Under the pieces are notes generated by a model, which was not told the origin of the DNA, did not search any database, and saw only the letters and a list, made by a program, of their open reading frames with translations. A DNA stretch of 64,000 bases from an uncultured Anaerolineales bacterium (GTDB taxonomy: Bacteria > Chloroflexota > Anaerolineae > Anaerolineales > UBA4823), in assembly GCA_937968125.1 (NCBI GenBank), contig CALBUI010000166.1, forward strand, positions 2,293 to 66,292. Direction: 5' to 3'. The position numbers and the translations under genes were made by a program. Positions 10,833-21,270 of the stretch are shown here, piece by piece (positions within the stretch are counted from its first letter, which is position 1; every line of letters begins with the position of its first letter).

Positions 10833-13800
10833 TTGACTAACACGGGGGGTAAAGATGGAAAATTCCAAGTCGGGAAACTTATTTTACGCGCCTCAAAATG
10901 GCATATTATTATAGGGTTGTTAGTATTATTCAACCTTATCTGGATAAACGCGAGCGTCAGCCAAGCCCAGGCTCAATCTCAACTCACCCAAGGAAGCTCC
11001 CCGGTAATTTTTGGATTGAATCCTTTTTCTTTAAAGTCCCAACTCCAGACTTACCAGCTGCATCAATCATTAGAAATCAATCTTTCAGGACCGGCATCAA
11101 GTGGAATGGGGACTCCAAATCCATTCCTGATTGATGTAGAAATAACATTTACAGGACCAGGTAACCAGACCTATGTGGTTCCGGGATTCTATGATGGGGA
11201 TGGAGCAGGGGGAATGGATGGCAGCACTTGGAAGGCACGCTTTTCGCCTGATGCAGCTGGTACTTGGACATACAACACCAGCAGCCCAAACTCATTATTG
11301 GATGGCGAATCAGGCAGCTTTGAAGTGGTTGATGGAGGGGTTTGCCAACCTTATCTACCAGGTGGCTTACCTGACCTGCCCTGCATCGGTCGGCTTGAAT
11401 CTGTTGGCGACCATTACTTGAAGTTCAAGGATGGCACCTATTGGCTGAAAGGCGGCGCCAACGAACCGGAAGATTTCCTGGCGCCAGGCCAAACTGTTGG
11501 TTTCTCGGATAAAGAGGCCGCGATAAATTACCTGTCATCGAAAGGGGTAAATTCCCTCTACATAATGCTGAACAACATTGGCGGTGATGGAAACAATGTC
11601 TGGCCTTGGGTCGGTTCAACATCCAGCCAAGCACAATCGAATCAAGAGCGATTTGATATCCAAAAGTTGACTGAGTGGGAGCAGATTTTTACCTATATTC
11701 AAGAAAAAGGCATTGTCTTACACCTGGTGCTCGAGGATGATTCTGGGTGGACTGGATTCAATCGAGACAGATATTACCGGGAAATGATCGCCCGTTTTGG
11801 TCATCACAACGGGTTGTTCTGGAATATCTCGGAGGAGTATAACGAAAACTACTCTGCCAACCAGATCAAATTATTTTCCCAATCAATTCGCGACCTGGAT
11901 GCTTACGACCATCCGATCACGGTCCACCAGCAGGGTTCGCTGGATAACTGGCTGCCATTTGTTGGGCATAGTTCGTTTGATCTCACGAGTCTTCAAACCA
12001 GTAAAAAAACGTTGAACACAGAGGCAGTTTCCTGGTTCAATCAAGTTGAAAGCTCAGGTAAGACCATCCCGGTATCTTTTGATGAAACCGGCCTGATCGA
12101 GATCAGTGATCGAGATTTGGCAAGACATATAATCTGGTCTGTTTACATGGGGGGAGGCAATTTTGAGCTGTTCACCTACCAACTTAATTCCTACCAGGAT
12201 TTTTCTGCGCACTTCGCAGATATGACCAGGGCGCGGGGATTTGTTGAACAATTCCCATTTTGGGTGATGAGACCGATGAATGAGCTTTTAATAAGCGGAA
12301 GCGGGTACATCTTCGCCCAGGCGGGGGAAGAATACAGCGCCTATCTTCCCAATGGCGGTCAAATTGAGCTCGATCTTACCGGGACGCAAGAGAGCTTAAT
12401 CGGAGAATGGTTTAATCCTCGGGACGGTTCTTCGCAGTCCATTGGGGTTGTCCAAGGAGGAGCTATTCGCCAGATCTCAGCGCCGTCCAATGATGATTGG
12501 GCGTTAATGCTGACCAAATCCAGCGGTAATCCCACGCCGACTCCAACCCTACCGGCAAGCTCAACACCTACTCCCCAACCAGGAGGAGGTGTAATTGATA
12601 TCAGGGTATCCGATAGCCTGGATGATGCTGAAGAAGCAGAGACGGGCAGCATGCGCATGGCCAGCAGCGATCTCGAACTTGTCTACGATGGGGGCAACCA
12701 GGAAGTGGGCATGCGGTTCAATGGCCTTCAGATCCCACCTGGCGCCACCATCACCAACGCTTATGTGCAGTTCAAGGTTGACGAAACGAGTTCGGGCGCG
12801 ACCGACCTGGTGATTGAAGGCGAAGCGATCGACGATGCGCCAGCATTTGTCTCGTCGCGGTACAACATATCCAACAGGTCGCGAACTTCGGCCAGTGTGA
12901 ATTGGTCGCCACCACCCTGGAACAGTCGCGGGGCAGCGGGGATTGATCAGCGAACCCCGGATCTGTCGGTGATAATCCAGGAAGTTGTCGCTCGAGCCGG
13001 TTGGGTTGAGGGAAACTCGATCGTATTGATCGTGACCGGGAGCGGAGCTCGGTGGGCGGAGTCGTATGATGGGGATCAGGCCGGGGCAGCTCTGCTGCAT
13101 GTCGAATACTCACAAGGGTCAATCACTGCGACACCCACGCTGACAATAACGCCAATTAACACGCCAACCCCCACTAGCACTCCCGTCGCCACCAATACAC
13201 CAACCTCAATTCCACCAGCCACAAATACCCCTACAGTTACAAATACACCGACCAGAACACCAAGCCCAACCAATACACCACCGGCATCTTCAACGCCTAC
13301 TCCAATTCCAACAACGACTCCATTACCAGCGGAAGGAATTATCGATGTCCGGGTGGCTGGGAGCCTGGACGATGCGGAAGAGGCGGAGTCGGGCAGCATG
13401 AGGCTGACCAGTAGTGACCTCGAGCTGGTGTATGCAGGCGGCAACCAGGAAGTCGGGATGCGGTTCAATGGCCTTCAGATCCCACCGGGAGCAACCATCA
13501 CCAATGCATATGTTCAATTCAAGGTTGACGAGACCAGTTCTGGCGAAACAATCCTGGTGATAGAGGCGGAAGCAATTGACGATGCGCCATCTTTTGCCTC
13601 GTTAATTTACAACATTTCAAATAGGACCCGCACATCATCGACGGTAAATTGGACCCCGCCACCCTGGACAACGCGTGGGGTGGCAGGTGTTGATCAGCGA
13701 ACTCCAGATTTATCAGGGATTATCCAAGAAGTCGTCGATCGACCTGGATGGTTAGAAGGGAATTCGATCGTCATTATTATCACCGGGAGCGGGGTGCGCT

Positions 13801-14654
13801 GGGCAGAGTCCTATAATGGCGACCAGGCTGGGGCACCTCTGCTGCATGTTGAATACTCTCAAGGTTCTACTGGGACCGCGACTCCTACTTCGACCCAGCT
13901 GCCCACAGCTACAGCGACTAATACACCCACTAACACACCAACACCAACCATTCCGCCAGCTGCTACGGCTACACCGACTGTGACAGCTACCCCAACATCG
14001 ACCCCACTGCCCACATTTACACCCACTGCGACCAATACCGCTACGATTACACCGACACCTACCTACACTCCCACTCCAACGATGACACCAACTGCAAGTT
14101 CAACGCCCACTCCCCATCCAGGAGGGGGGAACATCGATATTCGCGTGGCAGGGAGTCTGGATGATGCGGAAGAGTCGAAAACTGGAAATATTAGATTGAC
14201 CAGCAGCGATCTTGAGCTGGTCTACACTGGCGGTAATCAGACCGTGGGGTTGCGCTTCAATGGCCTTCAAATCCCAACAGGTGCCACTATCACAAATGCC
14301 TATGTGCAATTTCAAGTTGACGAGACCAGTTCGGGAGAAACTATCCTAAAAGTTGAGGGAGAAGCGATTGATAATGCCCCAGCCTTTGTCTCATTGAAAT
14401 ACAACATCTCGAACCGGTCCCGGACTACTGCGAACGTAGACTGGTTGCCAGCGCCGTGGACCACAGTTGGGGAAGCAGGAATAAATCAGCGGACTCCCGA
14501 TCTTTCGGTGATCATCCAGGAGATTGTCGATCGGTCCGGGTGGGCACCGGGGAATTCTATCGTTCTGATTGTGACAGGAAGTGGAACTCGCTGGGCAGAA
14601 TCGTATAATGGGGACCAGTCTGGAGCACCCCTGCTCCATATCGAGTACGATTAA
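10833..14654 (+). CDS. secreted glycoside-hydrolase-like protein (DUF5060-like N-domain plus clan GH-A TIM-barrel-like region) with three C-terminal 173-aa repeat domains
   Basis: TTG start and signal peptide. FYDGDG...[15 protein letters not shown] is DUF5060-like, and WNISEEYNE has the NE acid/base-like motif. Three repeats follow, separated by Pro/Thr linkers. Confidence 0.7.
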   Translation: MTNTGGKDGKFQVGKLILRASKWHIIIGLLVLFNLIWINASVSQAQAQSQLTQGSSPVIFGLNPFSLKSQLQTYQLHQSLEINLSGPASSGMGTPNPFLIDVEITFTGPGNQTYVVPGFYDGDGAGGMDGSTWKARFSPDAAGTWTYNTSSPNSLLDGESGSFEVVDGGVCQPYLPGGLPDLPCIGRLESVGDHYLKFKDGTYWLKGGANEPEDFLAPGQTVGFSDKEAAINYLSSKGVNSLYIMLNNIGGDGNNVWPWVGSTSSQAQSNQERFDIQKLTEWEQIFTYIQEKGIVLHLVLEDDSGWTGFNRDRYYREMIARFGHHNGLFWNISEEYNENYSANQIKLFSQSIRDLDAYDHPITVHQQGSLDNWLPFVGHSSFDLTSLQTSKKTLNTEAVSWFNQVESSGKTIPVSFDETGLIEISDRDLARHIIWSVYMGGGNFELFTYQLNSYQDFSAHFADMTRARGFVEQFPFWVMRPMNELLISGSGYIFAQAGEEYSAYLPNGGQIELDLTGTQESLIGEWFNPRDGSSQSIGVVQGGAIRQISAPSNDDWALMLTKSSGNPTPTPTLPASSTPTPQPGGGVIDIRVSDSLDDAEEAETGSMRMASSDLELVYDGGNQEVGMRFNGLQIPPGATITNAYVQFKVDETSSGATDLVIEGEAIDDAPAFVSSRYNISNRSRTSASVNWSPPPWNSRGAAGIDQRTPDLSVIIQEVVARAGWVEGNSIVLIVTGSGARWAESYDGDQAGAALLHVEYSQGSITATPTLTITPINTPTPTSTPVATNTPTSIPPATNTPTVTNTPTRTPSPTNTPPASSTPTPIPTTTPLPAEGIIDVRVAGSLDDAEEAESGSMRLTSSDLELVYAGGNQEVGMRFNGLQIPPGATITNAYVQFKVDETSSGETILVIEAEAIDDAPSFASLIYNISNRTRTSSTVNWTPPPWTTRGVAGVDQRTPDLSGIIQEVVDRPGWLEGNSIVIIITGSGVRWAESYNGDQAGAPLLHVEYSQGSTGTATPTSTQLPTATATNTPTNTPTPTIPPAATATPTVTATPTSTPLPTFTPTATNTATITPTPTYTPTPTMTPTASSTPTPHPGGGNIDIRVAGSLDDAEESKTGNIRLTSSDLELVYTGGNQTVGLRFNGLQIPTGATITNAYVQFQVDETSSGETILKVEGEAIDNAPAFVSLKYNISNRSRTTANVDWLPAPWTTVGEAGINQRTPDLSVIIQEIVDRSGWAPGNSIVLIVTGSGTRWAESYNGDQSGAPLLHIEYD
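12591..14648 (+). repeat. three in-frame 519-nt (173-aa) coding repeats at 12591-13109, 13338-13856 and 14130-14648, separated by Pro/Thr-rich linkers
   Basis: Each copy runs from (V/I/N)ID(I/V)[40 protein letters not shown] to ...GSG.RWAESY.GDQ.GA.LLH(V/I)EY. The three lengths are identical by my codon count. Confidence 0.85.
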
Positions 14655-14678
14655 CTCTTACCTGCTATAAGCCCGAGA

Positions 14679-16619
14679 TCATAGATTGTCGATTGGCACT
14701 GGCTCGATTGGATCAGCCAATTCGAAGCCAAAAACTTGCGCGTAGAAATATAGCTCACCATCCAGGGCGCGTTTAATATTCTCAGCCTTACGAAAACCGT
14801 GCTGTTCGCCCTCGAATTCCAGGTATGCCACCGGAAGACCCTTGGCTTTGACCGCTTCATACATGGTTTGAGACTGGTTTGGAGGCACGATCTTGTCTTC
14901 TGAACCCTGGAAGAGGATCATTGGGCAGTTGAGCTGGTCGGTATAATTGATCGCTGACCGTTCCCGGTACAGGTCGCGTTTTTCTGGGTATGGCCCAACC
15001 AGGTTGTCCAGGTAGCGCGCTTCGAATTTATGGGTATCTGTGACAAAGGGTTCCAGGTCTCCGATTCCAAAATGGCTGGCGCCGGCCTTAAACACATCCC
15101 GGAAAGTAAGTGCGCATAAAGTAGTGTAGCCACCGGCACTACCGCCGGTGATCATCAAGCGGTTTTCATCGACATCACCTCGAGCGGCCAAATAGAGAGC
15201 CGCATTCGTGCAGTCATCGACATCCACTACACCCCACTGGCCGTTTAATCGCTGGCGGAAATCTCGTCCATAGCCAGTACTACCCCCATAATTCACATCG
15301 ACAACGGCAATGCCGCGGCTTGTAAAGTATTGGATCTCAGAATCGTATACCGGCGTTGTTGCACCGGTCGGTCCTCCATGACTCATCACCAGCAGGAGCG
15401 GTTTCTCTCCTTGGGGAGCCTTGAAATCCTTGTTTTTTGGGGGGTAAAAGAAACCGTAAGCAACTTTATCGCCCTCAGTGGGAATTTCGACCTCTTGTGG
15501 TATAGAGGTGTAGTCAGGATCAATCTTGCTCTCGCTCGAGTAGCGCAAAACTTCTTCGGTTCCAGAACCCAAATCTCGTCTTACCACAGCCATCTTTTGG
15601 ACAGCTGACCCGGCGAGATATAAAGCCTGTCCTGGAGATGCTTTGACGCCGCTGAGATAGGTGTATTCGGTTTCAATTTCTTCTAATTCCAATGTCTCGG
15701 TATCCAGGCTGGCCAGATGGGATACCCCTCGCTGCGAATAAGTACAAATAATGCGTCTAGGGGATTCGAAAGCGTAAGTTGACATGCCAAAGACCCACTG
15801 AGGCAATCCAAATTCAGCTTCCATCGGGCACAGCGCTGCAACCTTCCCATCCTCCGAACGATATAAATTCCACCAATCTGATCGATCGGAGATGAAATAA
15901 AGAACCCCATCCGGAGACCACTCCGGTTGAAATATGGACTCATCAGAACCACCTGCTAAAGGCTTGTTGTTGGTTATTGAGCCATCCTCATTTACATCTG
16001 CGACCCACAATTCGGTTCCATCCCAGGGCAGATTGGGATGGTTCCAGGTCAGCCAAGCCAGCCTTGAGCCATCCGGGCTGAGCCGCGGGGATGAATAAAA
16101 ATCATTTCCTGAGACGAGCACCTCGCCGCCAGCCTCATCCCCACTGGCATTAACTTTAACCAAGGTATTTATTGCTTCCCCCGAACCCGTGTGATCTTCT
16201 CTCACACAATAAAGGAATCTGCCACCCGGGTCGAGGACATAATCCGCATATCTAAATTCCATTTCCGGCGTGATTGGGCGTGGAGATTCGCCGGGATCAA
16301 GCCGGTATAAGCGCTGGTCGTCATAGTTCGAGAAATAAAGCGTATTCTCCTTGACTGCATACGCATGACCACCGTATTCGTGCACCCGCGTGCGCGCATT
16401 GAACGGTTGGGGGGTAAGGTCGGATATCGTTCCATCAGAAGACCGCCGAACAACCACAATTCGCCCATCTTCTTTTGGGCGAAGTTCTTGCCAGTAAATA
16501 TCGTCGCCAACGATTTGCGTCCCACCGATGCCGATTGTCTCGGCGACGATCGAATCGGAGGTGATGGGTGATTTCCACGAGCCATAGGATGCGGTTTTTT
16601 GTTCAGACATGGTTTTCAT
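14679..16619 (-). CDS. S9 family serine peptidase (prolyl oligopeptidase / acylaminoacyl peptidase-like)
   Basis: N-terminal beta-propeller-like region, then a C-terminal hydrolase with nucleophile motif GGSAGGY. The likely start is MKTMSEQ (ATG 16619 or 16610, RBS AAAGGA). The track ORF extension to 16808 overlaps the pirin gene. Confidence 0.85.
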   Translation of the reverse strand: MKTMSEQKTASYGSWKSPITSDSIVAETIGIGGTQIVGDDIYWQELRPKEDGRIVVVRRSSDGTISDLTPQPFNARTRVHEYGGHAYAVKENTLYFSNYDDQRLYRLDPGESPRPITPEMEFRYADYVLDPGGRFLYCVREDHTGSGEAINTLVKVNASGDEAGGEVLVSGNDFYSSPRLSPDGSRLAWLTWNHPNLPWDGTELWVADVNEDGSITNNKPLAGGSDESIFQPEWSPDGVLYFISDRSDWWNLYRSEDGKVAALCPMEAEFGLPQWVFGMSTYAFESPRRIICTYSQRGVSHLASLDTETLELEEIETEYTYLSGVKASPGQALYLAGSAVQKMAVVRRDLGSGTEEVLRYSSESKIDPDYTSIPQEVEIPTEGDKVAYGFFYPPKNKDFKAPQGEKPLLLVMSHGGPTGATTPVYDSEIQYFTSRGIAVVDVNYGGSTGYGRDFRQRLNGQWGVVDVDDCTNAALYLAARGDVDENRLMITGGSAGGYTTLCALTFRDVFKAGASHFGIGDLEPFVTDTHKFEARYLDNLVGPYPEKRDLYRERSAINYTDQLNCPMILFQGSEDKIVPPNQSQTMYEAVKAKGLPVAYLEFEGEQHGFRKAENIKRALDGELYFYAQVFGFELADPIEPVPIDNL

Positions 16620-16654
16620 TCCTTTTAATTCAACTAGTGATAGTTGCGCTGGTT

Positions 16655-17374
16655 TCAAGCGCTGGATGGCTGCTCGGAAGCCATTTCGACCAGTAGAAAA
16701 TGGCTCTGCACTGCCGCGCTCAAATTCAAGATTTCGTCCCCCCATACTTTCAAGGCGTCGTGCTGATGCAGCTGCAAATCGTTGATGGTCAAATCCCCCT
16801 CCAGGCAAACCAGGTAGCTCTGGCGATCAACCCAATTGGTATAAACAATCTTTTCAGAATCTACCAGCCTGGCGGCATAGATGTTGGCATCCTGGGCAAT
16901 TTGGATGACACCCTCCCGGCCTAACCCTGTTGCCACGTGGAGCAGCTTATTCGAGCCTGATAGCCTGGAGAAATGCTTGCAATCATAGCTCGGATCTAAA
17001 CCGTTCTCTTCCGGTGTAATCCAGATTTGATAAAAACGCAGGGATTGATCGAGAGCTTCATTTCTCTCGCTGTGAGTGATACCAGAACCGGCAGACAGAT
17101 ATTGGACGTCACCATTGGAGATCGTGTTGCTATAGCCCAAACTATCGCCATGAGTAAGCTCACCCTGTACGCAATATGAAAGTATCTCCATCTCCGCATG
17201 GGGATGGGTGTCAAATCCGCTGTCAGGCTGCAGGACGAATTCATTCAATGCGCGCAGCACACCGAAATTCATGTTCTGCGGGTCCTCGTATTCCGCATAT
17301 GAAAAGTGAAAACGTCCGCGGTACCAGCCGTAATCAGTGGTGTAAATATCTTGGGCTGGGATTTTCTGCAACAT
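16655..17374 (-). CDS. pirin family (bicupin) protein
   Basis: 239 aa with [24 protein letters not shown], a cupin metal-binding motif typical of pirins. Confidence 0.8.
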   Translation of the reverse strand: MLQKIPAQDIYTTDYGWYRGRFHFSYAEYEDPQNMNFGVLRALNEFVLQPDSGFDTHPHAEMEILSYCVQGELTHGDSLGYSNTISNGDVQYLSAGSGITHSERNEALDQSLRFYQIWITPEENGLDPSYDCKHFSRLSGSNKLLHVATGLGREGVIQIAQDANIYAARLVDSEKIVYTNWVDRQSYLVCLEGDLTINDLQLHQHDALKVWGDEILNLSAAVQSHFLLVEMASEQPSSA

Positions 17375-17447
17375 TTAAGTTAACTCCGGCTCAAACAATA
17401 TCCCGATTGATATCCAGGCAGCAAAAGAATTAAACATTCGAGGTAGA

Positions 17448-17777
17448 TTATTTTGGCGGCAAAGTGAGGGCGAAATTTACCCCGGCTTCCACCCATTCCT
17501 TGAGCTCAGACTCGCTGGTGATGCCATCTGGCTCGACCAATACCCAGCCTTTCATCGCTCTGCCGGTCAAATCGAAGGGCCGGGTATTGGGATATTTCAT
17601 GGTCTCATCGTAAGCATCCGGACCGACCCGTACCATGAGCATGTCTTTGTGTACCCCGACAGCCATGTTGCCTTGGATTAAAAATGCGACCCCTCCAAAC
17701 ATCTTTTTCTCTACCAGGCCAGGCTGCTGGTCGAGAACGCCTTGGATGCGGCTGGCGAGGACTTCATCGTAAGCCAT
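17448..17777 (-). CDS. TfoX/Sxy N-terminal domain family protein
   Basis: 109 aa. The ...KKMFGGVAFLIQGNMAVGV... pattern is characteristic of the TfoX_N domain. Confidence 0.65.
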   Translation of the reverse strand: MAYDEVLASRIQGVLDQQPGLVEKKMFGGVAFLIQGNMAVGVHKDMLMVRVGPDAYDETMKYPNTRPFDLTGRAMKGWVLVEPDGITSESELKEWVEAGVNFALTLPPK

Positions 17778-17898
17778 TTATACCTCCCAAAATTTATCAT
17801 CCCAACTGGGTCAGATATATCATATCAGATTAGTTACCAGCATAAGTATATTATTGATCTGGCCGGGATCTGGTTAAATCCCGGGAAAATTGCAACGA

Positions 17899-18285
17899 TC
17901 ACTTTACACAAGGCTCGAGGAGTTCCAAAGTGGAAGCAACCGGGTCTAGCGCTGCTTTTTCTCCCACTGGTAAAACCGTATTGGGACAGTGGTATTCGAG
18001 AAAGATATCTTCGATGGGGTAATCCTCTACTTCCTTAGCGAAGCCAACAATTATGACGTTGATCTGGTCAAATAACCCCGATTGTTTAAACTGGTGGAGG
18101 CGGTTGAAGAGGATATCGGGCTGGAGGGTGTCACCACGCCGATCGTATCTCCGATCTTGAGTCTGGGTGGGATGAGGAGCATTTACACCTCCAAGGGTTT
18201 GGCTCTGACAAATTCCGGTTATATCATACCAGTATGGATAATCCTGGAGACAATTACAACCCAGAGAAAATTCTATTTCTAGCAA
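17899..18285 (-). CDS. hypothetical protein
   Basis: 128-aa ORF with no recognisable motif. It lies downstream of a terminator and is retained only as the longest ORF in a 600-bp gap. Confidence 0.3.
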   Translation of the reverse strand: MLEIEFSLGCNCLQDYPYWYDITGICQSQTLGGVNAPHPTQTQDRRYDRRGDTLQPDILFNRLHQFKQSGLFDQINVIIVGFAKEVEDYPIEDIFLEYHCPNTVLPVGEKAALDPVASTLELLEPCVK

Positions 18286-18315
18286 GCCAACTCGCTTAAT
18301 CTGTATTGAAAAATT

Positions 18316-18357
18316 CTACAAAAACACGCCTGCTAAATTCATTGAACAGCAGGCGTG
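18316..18357 (-). terminator. rho-independent terminator ending the ccm operon
   Basis: Stem CACGCCTGCT (18325-18334) / AGCAGGCGTG (18348-18357). On the minus strand it is followed by TTTTTGTAGAATTTTT. Confidence 0.55.
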
Positions 18358-18401
18358 CGGTTAATTACATTGGAAATTATAGTTATCCAGCTAGCGATCC
18401 A

Positions 18402-18611
18402 TTATTCCGCCTCATTCTCAATCTGGCTGGCATAACATGATGAACTCGGATCCTCAAGAAATTCTTTCTGGCATACAGGCAGGCAAAAGAATACCCATTT
18501 GCCTTTATAGAGCGCACGCGGTGTATTGGTGACGAATTTTTCGGATTCACCGCAAGATGTTTTTATTTCGCTGCCAATTGCTGGCAAAGGGACCGAGTCA
18601 GTATCTCTCAA
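18402..18611 (-). CDS. YHS-domain-like small metal-binding protein
   Basis: SCGES...YKGKWVFFCLPVCQKEFLEDP resembles the YHS consensus (C-G ... Y.G.tYYFCS..C...F..nP). It is the last gene before the terminator. The TTG start is uncertain. Confidence 0.45.
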   Translation of the reverse strand: MRDTDSVPLPAIGSEIKTSCGESEKFVTNTPRALYKGKWVFFCLPVCQKEFLEDPSSSCYASQIENEAE

Positions 18612-18785
18612 TTAATCCTCAACCTGTATTTCTTCCAAGACTTCAAGATCCTTGTTTAAATTTCGCTGCCGGATGAGTAAACTGATCAAATAAATCAACA
18701 TCACGCCGAATATAATAGTATATCCCGCGATCATGTAGCTGGTCGTATTTGCGGGTCCTTCTTGTAAGAGGACTGATAATAACAT
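18612..18785 (-). CDS. ccmD: CcmD-family haem exporter small subunit (57 aa, below the ORF-track cutoff)
   Basis: Own translation: MLLSVLLQEGPANTTSYMIAGYTIIFGVMLIYLISLLIRQRNLNKDLEVLEEIQVED. It has a single TM followed by a basic/acidic tail, as in CcmD. RBS AAAGGA lies 8 nt upstream, immediately after the ccmC stop. Confidence 0.6.
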   Translation of the reverse strand: MLLSVLLQEGPANTTSYMIAGYTIIFGVMLIYLISLLIRQRNLNKDLEVLEEIQVED

Positions 18786-18797
18786 AATAGTTTCCTT

Positions 18798-19499
18798 TTA
18801 TTCCATGGTTTGCAGGCGCAGCTGCTCGACATGGTCGGCTTTTCTACCCAGGCGAATGCGGTGCCAGAACAAGTCAATGAATATGAAGGTGAAGGTGAGC
18901 AGGCTGAACATGAACGTCTGCGTCATCAAGGGGGACATATCGAAGGAGCCCGTTGCACTTGGATCACCACTGCCGATCACGATCGGGTGAATTGTGCGGA
19001 AAATCCTGGCTGAGAAGTAGGTCAGCGGGACGCTCAATGAGCCGACTATGGCATACACCGCTCCAAATCGAGCCCGGCGGTCCGGATCTTCAATCCCCTG
19101 GCGCAGCATCAGGTAGGCCAGATAGATCAATAGCATGACTGTTGCGGTGGTCAACCTCGGGTCCCAGGTCCACCATGTGTTCCAGATTGGGCGAGCCCAA
19201 ATGGCGCCAGTCACGATATTGATAAAAATGAACACGATGCCAATTTCAACGGCGGCCAGACCAACAATGTCCCACTTGCGATCCTTTTTTATCAGGTAGA
19301 TGATTCCAGCCACAGCAGCACCAATGAAACCAAGCATGCCTACCCATCCAGTCGCTACGTGGAAATAAAAGACACGCTGGACATCACCCATCACCGCTTC
19401 CTGGGGTGCGTAGAAAAAAACCATGTAAGTAGCGATGAGAAACAAGGCCACGGTGAACACATCCAGAACAGTTAGTAAGCGAGGTTTAGATTCTTCCAT
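18798..19499 (-). CDS. ccmC: haem exporter protein CcmC
   Basis: 233 aa polytopic protein with a tryptophan-rich WWD motif (WARPIWNTWWTWDPRL). Confidence 0.9.
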   Translation of the reverse strand: MEESKPRLLTVLDVFTVALFLIATYMVFFYAPQEAVMGDVQRVFYFHVATGWVGMLGFIGAAVAGIIYLIKKDRKWDIVGLAAVEIGIVFIFINIVTGAIWARPIWNTWWTWDPRLTTATVMLLIYLAYLMLRQGIEDPDRRARFGAVYAIVGSLSVPLTYFSARIFRTIHPIVIGSGDPSATGSFDMSPLMTQTFMFSLLTFTFIFIDLFWHRIRLGRKADHVEQLRLQTME

Positions 19500-19532
19500 T
19501 CTTCAACTCCAATAATGAATTAATTTTGTGGC

Positions 19533-20267
19533 CTATTCTTCAACCACGTAATCAAAAACCATGAATGCGACGGCGGAAAATATTATATCGTAGACGATCA
19601 GCAAGTTCAGCCAGGGGCGGATCAGCTCCATTTCACTGCCGTCCAGGAATCCCGTGCTGGCCTTGACCGCGGCCAGGATAACCGGGAGGACAACCGGGAA
19701 GAGCAGGATCGGCAGGAGGATATCGCGGGTGCGCGCCTGGACGGCCATCGCGGCCAACAAAGTGCCAACCGCTACATAGCCGATCGATCCCAATAATATC
19801 ACTACCAGTAATCCGAGATTTAACAGGTTAACGTTGTACAGCACACTGTAAATCGGTAAGACGATGATCTCCACCATCAGCATGAAGATCAAATTTCCCA
19901 GCGCCTTGCCGAAGTAAATCGAGCTGCGGTCAACTGGGGCCAGCAGCAAGCCATCCATGCAGCCGCGATCTTTTTCAACCGCCATTGAGCGGTTCAGACC
20001 CAGCGTACCGGCAAAGACGAAAATCACCCACAGCACACCCGCGGTGATCGTGGGATCACGTCGTGTGGCAGGATCGAGGTCCAGGGCAAAGTTAAAGATC
20101 ATGATCACCAGCAAGGCAAAGACCAGCATGGCCGAGATCAGCTCCCGGCTGCGCAGTTCGGCAGAAAGGTCCTTCCAAACTACTGCGCCCATGGCGCGCA
20201 AAAAGCTAGCCACTTTGCCAGCGTTTTTTTCACTTGCCAGGTATGAGGATTCGCGTTCGACGGTCAT
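19533..20267 (-). CDS. ccmB: haem exporter permease CcmB
   Basis: 244 aa with about six TM helices. The start overlaps the ccmA stop (ATGA), and it sits between ccmA and ccmC. Confidence 0.8.
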   Translation of the reverse strand: MTVERESSYLASEKNAGKVASFLRAMGAVVWKDLSAELRSRELISAMLVFALLVIMIFNFALDLDPATRRDPTITAGVLWVIFVFAGTLGLNRSMAVEKDRGCMDGLLLAPVDRSSIYFGKALGNLIFMLMVEIIVLPIYSVLYNVNLLNLGLLVVILLGSIGYVAVGTLLAAMAVQARTRDILLPILLFPVVLPVILAAVKASTGFLDGSEMELIRPWLNLLIVYDIIFSAVAFMVFDYVVEE

Positions 20268-20965
20268 GAACTTTGAATCGCCTGGCGATAAAAAGCTAAC
20301 AGATTGTTAGTTTCAATTTCGTCGCTATGGACAGAGGCAGTAATCACACCGCGTGAGATGACATCAAATCGGGAGGCCAGGTCGGCTGCTCGAGCCAGGT
20401 CGTGTGAGGTCATGACAACTGTGCGCCCACGCGCGGCCACCTCTCTTAAAACAGTATCCAACATGGCGCTCGCATCTTGATCCAAACCAGTGTGAGGTTC
20501 ATCAAACAGCATCACATCTGGATCATGGAGTACTGCCCGGCCGATCGCCAGGCGCTGCTGCATACCCCGCGAAAATGTACGCACCAGGTCTCGCCGGCGG
20601 GGGGTTAAGCCAACCAACTCCAAAACCTCCGCCACTCGCGCGGGCAAATCCTGAACGCCATACATGCGGCCATAAAAGCGCAGGTTTTCCTCCGAGGTCA
20701 AGTCGCCATATAAGAGCGGCAGGTGCGAAACGACACCCAATCGTCGCCGCACAGCTGCAGCCTGGTCAGGCAAGCGGTATCCGGCGATATTCACCCCACC
20801 CATCGACGGGCGCGATAGGGAAGCCAGGATGCGCAAGAAGGTCGTTTTTCCCGCGCCGTTCGGTCCGAGCAAGGCAACAAACTCACCCCGCTCCACGGAA
20901 AAATCCATCCCGCGCAGCACGGTCTTCAGCCCGAAGCGCTTGACCAGCTTACGTACTTTGATCAT
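20264..20965 (-). CDS. ccmA: haem exporter ABC ATPase CcmA
   Basis: Walker A GPNGAGKTT, signature-like FSRGMQQRL and Walker B MLFDEP. ATG 20965 (MIKVRKLVKRFG) is the natural N-terminus. The track ORF starts at an upstream TTG (21031). Confidence 0.85.
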   Translation of the reverse strand: MIKVRKLVKRFGLKTVLRGMDFSVERGEFVALLGPNGAGKTTFLRILASLSRPSMGGVNIAGYRLPDQAAAVRRRLGVVSHLPLLYGDLTSEENLRFYGRMYGVQDLPARVAEVLELVGLTPRRRDLVRTFSRGMQQRLAIGRAVLHDPDVMLFDEPHTGLDQDASAMLDTVLREVAARGRTVVMTSHDLARAADLASRFDVISRGVITASVHSDEIETNNLLAFYRQAIQSS

Positions 20966-21121
20966 AGCGAGGGAGCTGCGGAGCTGGGGAGCTCGGGGGC
21001 TGGGGAGCACGAAGATTTCGGATTGTGACAAAGCAATTGGTCTGGATCTTTATTCATGATTTTTTCAATACCTACTCAAGTTTCGAAATCACAGCCGAAT
21101 TAATTTAAATTTTCTAAGTTA

Positions 21122-21219
21122 TTGTCATTTCGAGGAGTGTTCTTTGCGACGAGAAATCCCTAGAGCTTGAATTCGTTATCGCGCGTATCAGGGATTTCTC
21201 GCTTCGCTCGAAATGACAA
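21122..21219. repeat. 98-bp imperfect palindromic (REP/MITE-like) element between the di-haem cytochrome gene and ccmA
   Basis: Perfect 13-bp outer arms TTGTCATTTCGAG (21122-21134) / CTCGAAATGACAA (21207-21219). Inner arms are GCGACGAGAAATCCCT (21146-21161) / AGGGATTTCTCG.. (21190-21207). Confidence 0.6.
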
Positions 21220-21270
21220 CGGGAAAGCGCTTCTCGAAACAAAAGAATATCATCTTATATCTTGAACTCC

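Noticed and set aside
13110-14129. I asked whether the Pro/Thr-rich stretches and the Gly-X-Y regions (30311-30427, 39641-39730, 48734-48850) could be CRISPR arrays or non-coding tandem repeats.
   Set aside because: There is no constant direct repeat alternating with unique spacers. All lie in frame inside long ORFs, and their codon usage is heterogeneous. They are coding low-complexity linkers or stalks.
16620-16808. Several track ORFs have upstream extensions that overlap neighbouring genes. These are peptidase to 16808, cytochrome to 23304, response regulators to 28534 and from 38213, ATPase to 55123, permease to 56824, hbd to 58649, and Rieske from 33382.
   Set aside because: Internal starts give canonical family N-termini, have RBS-like sequences and remove long overlaps. 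The extensions have no recognisable sequence features.
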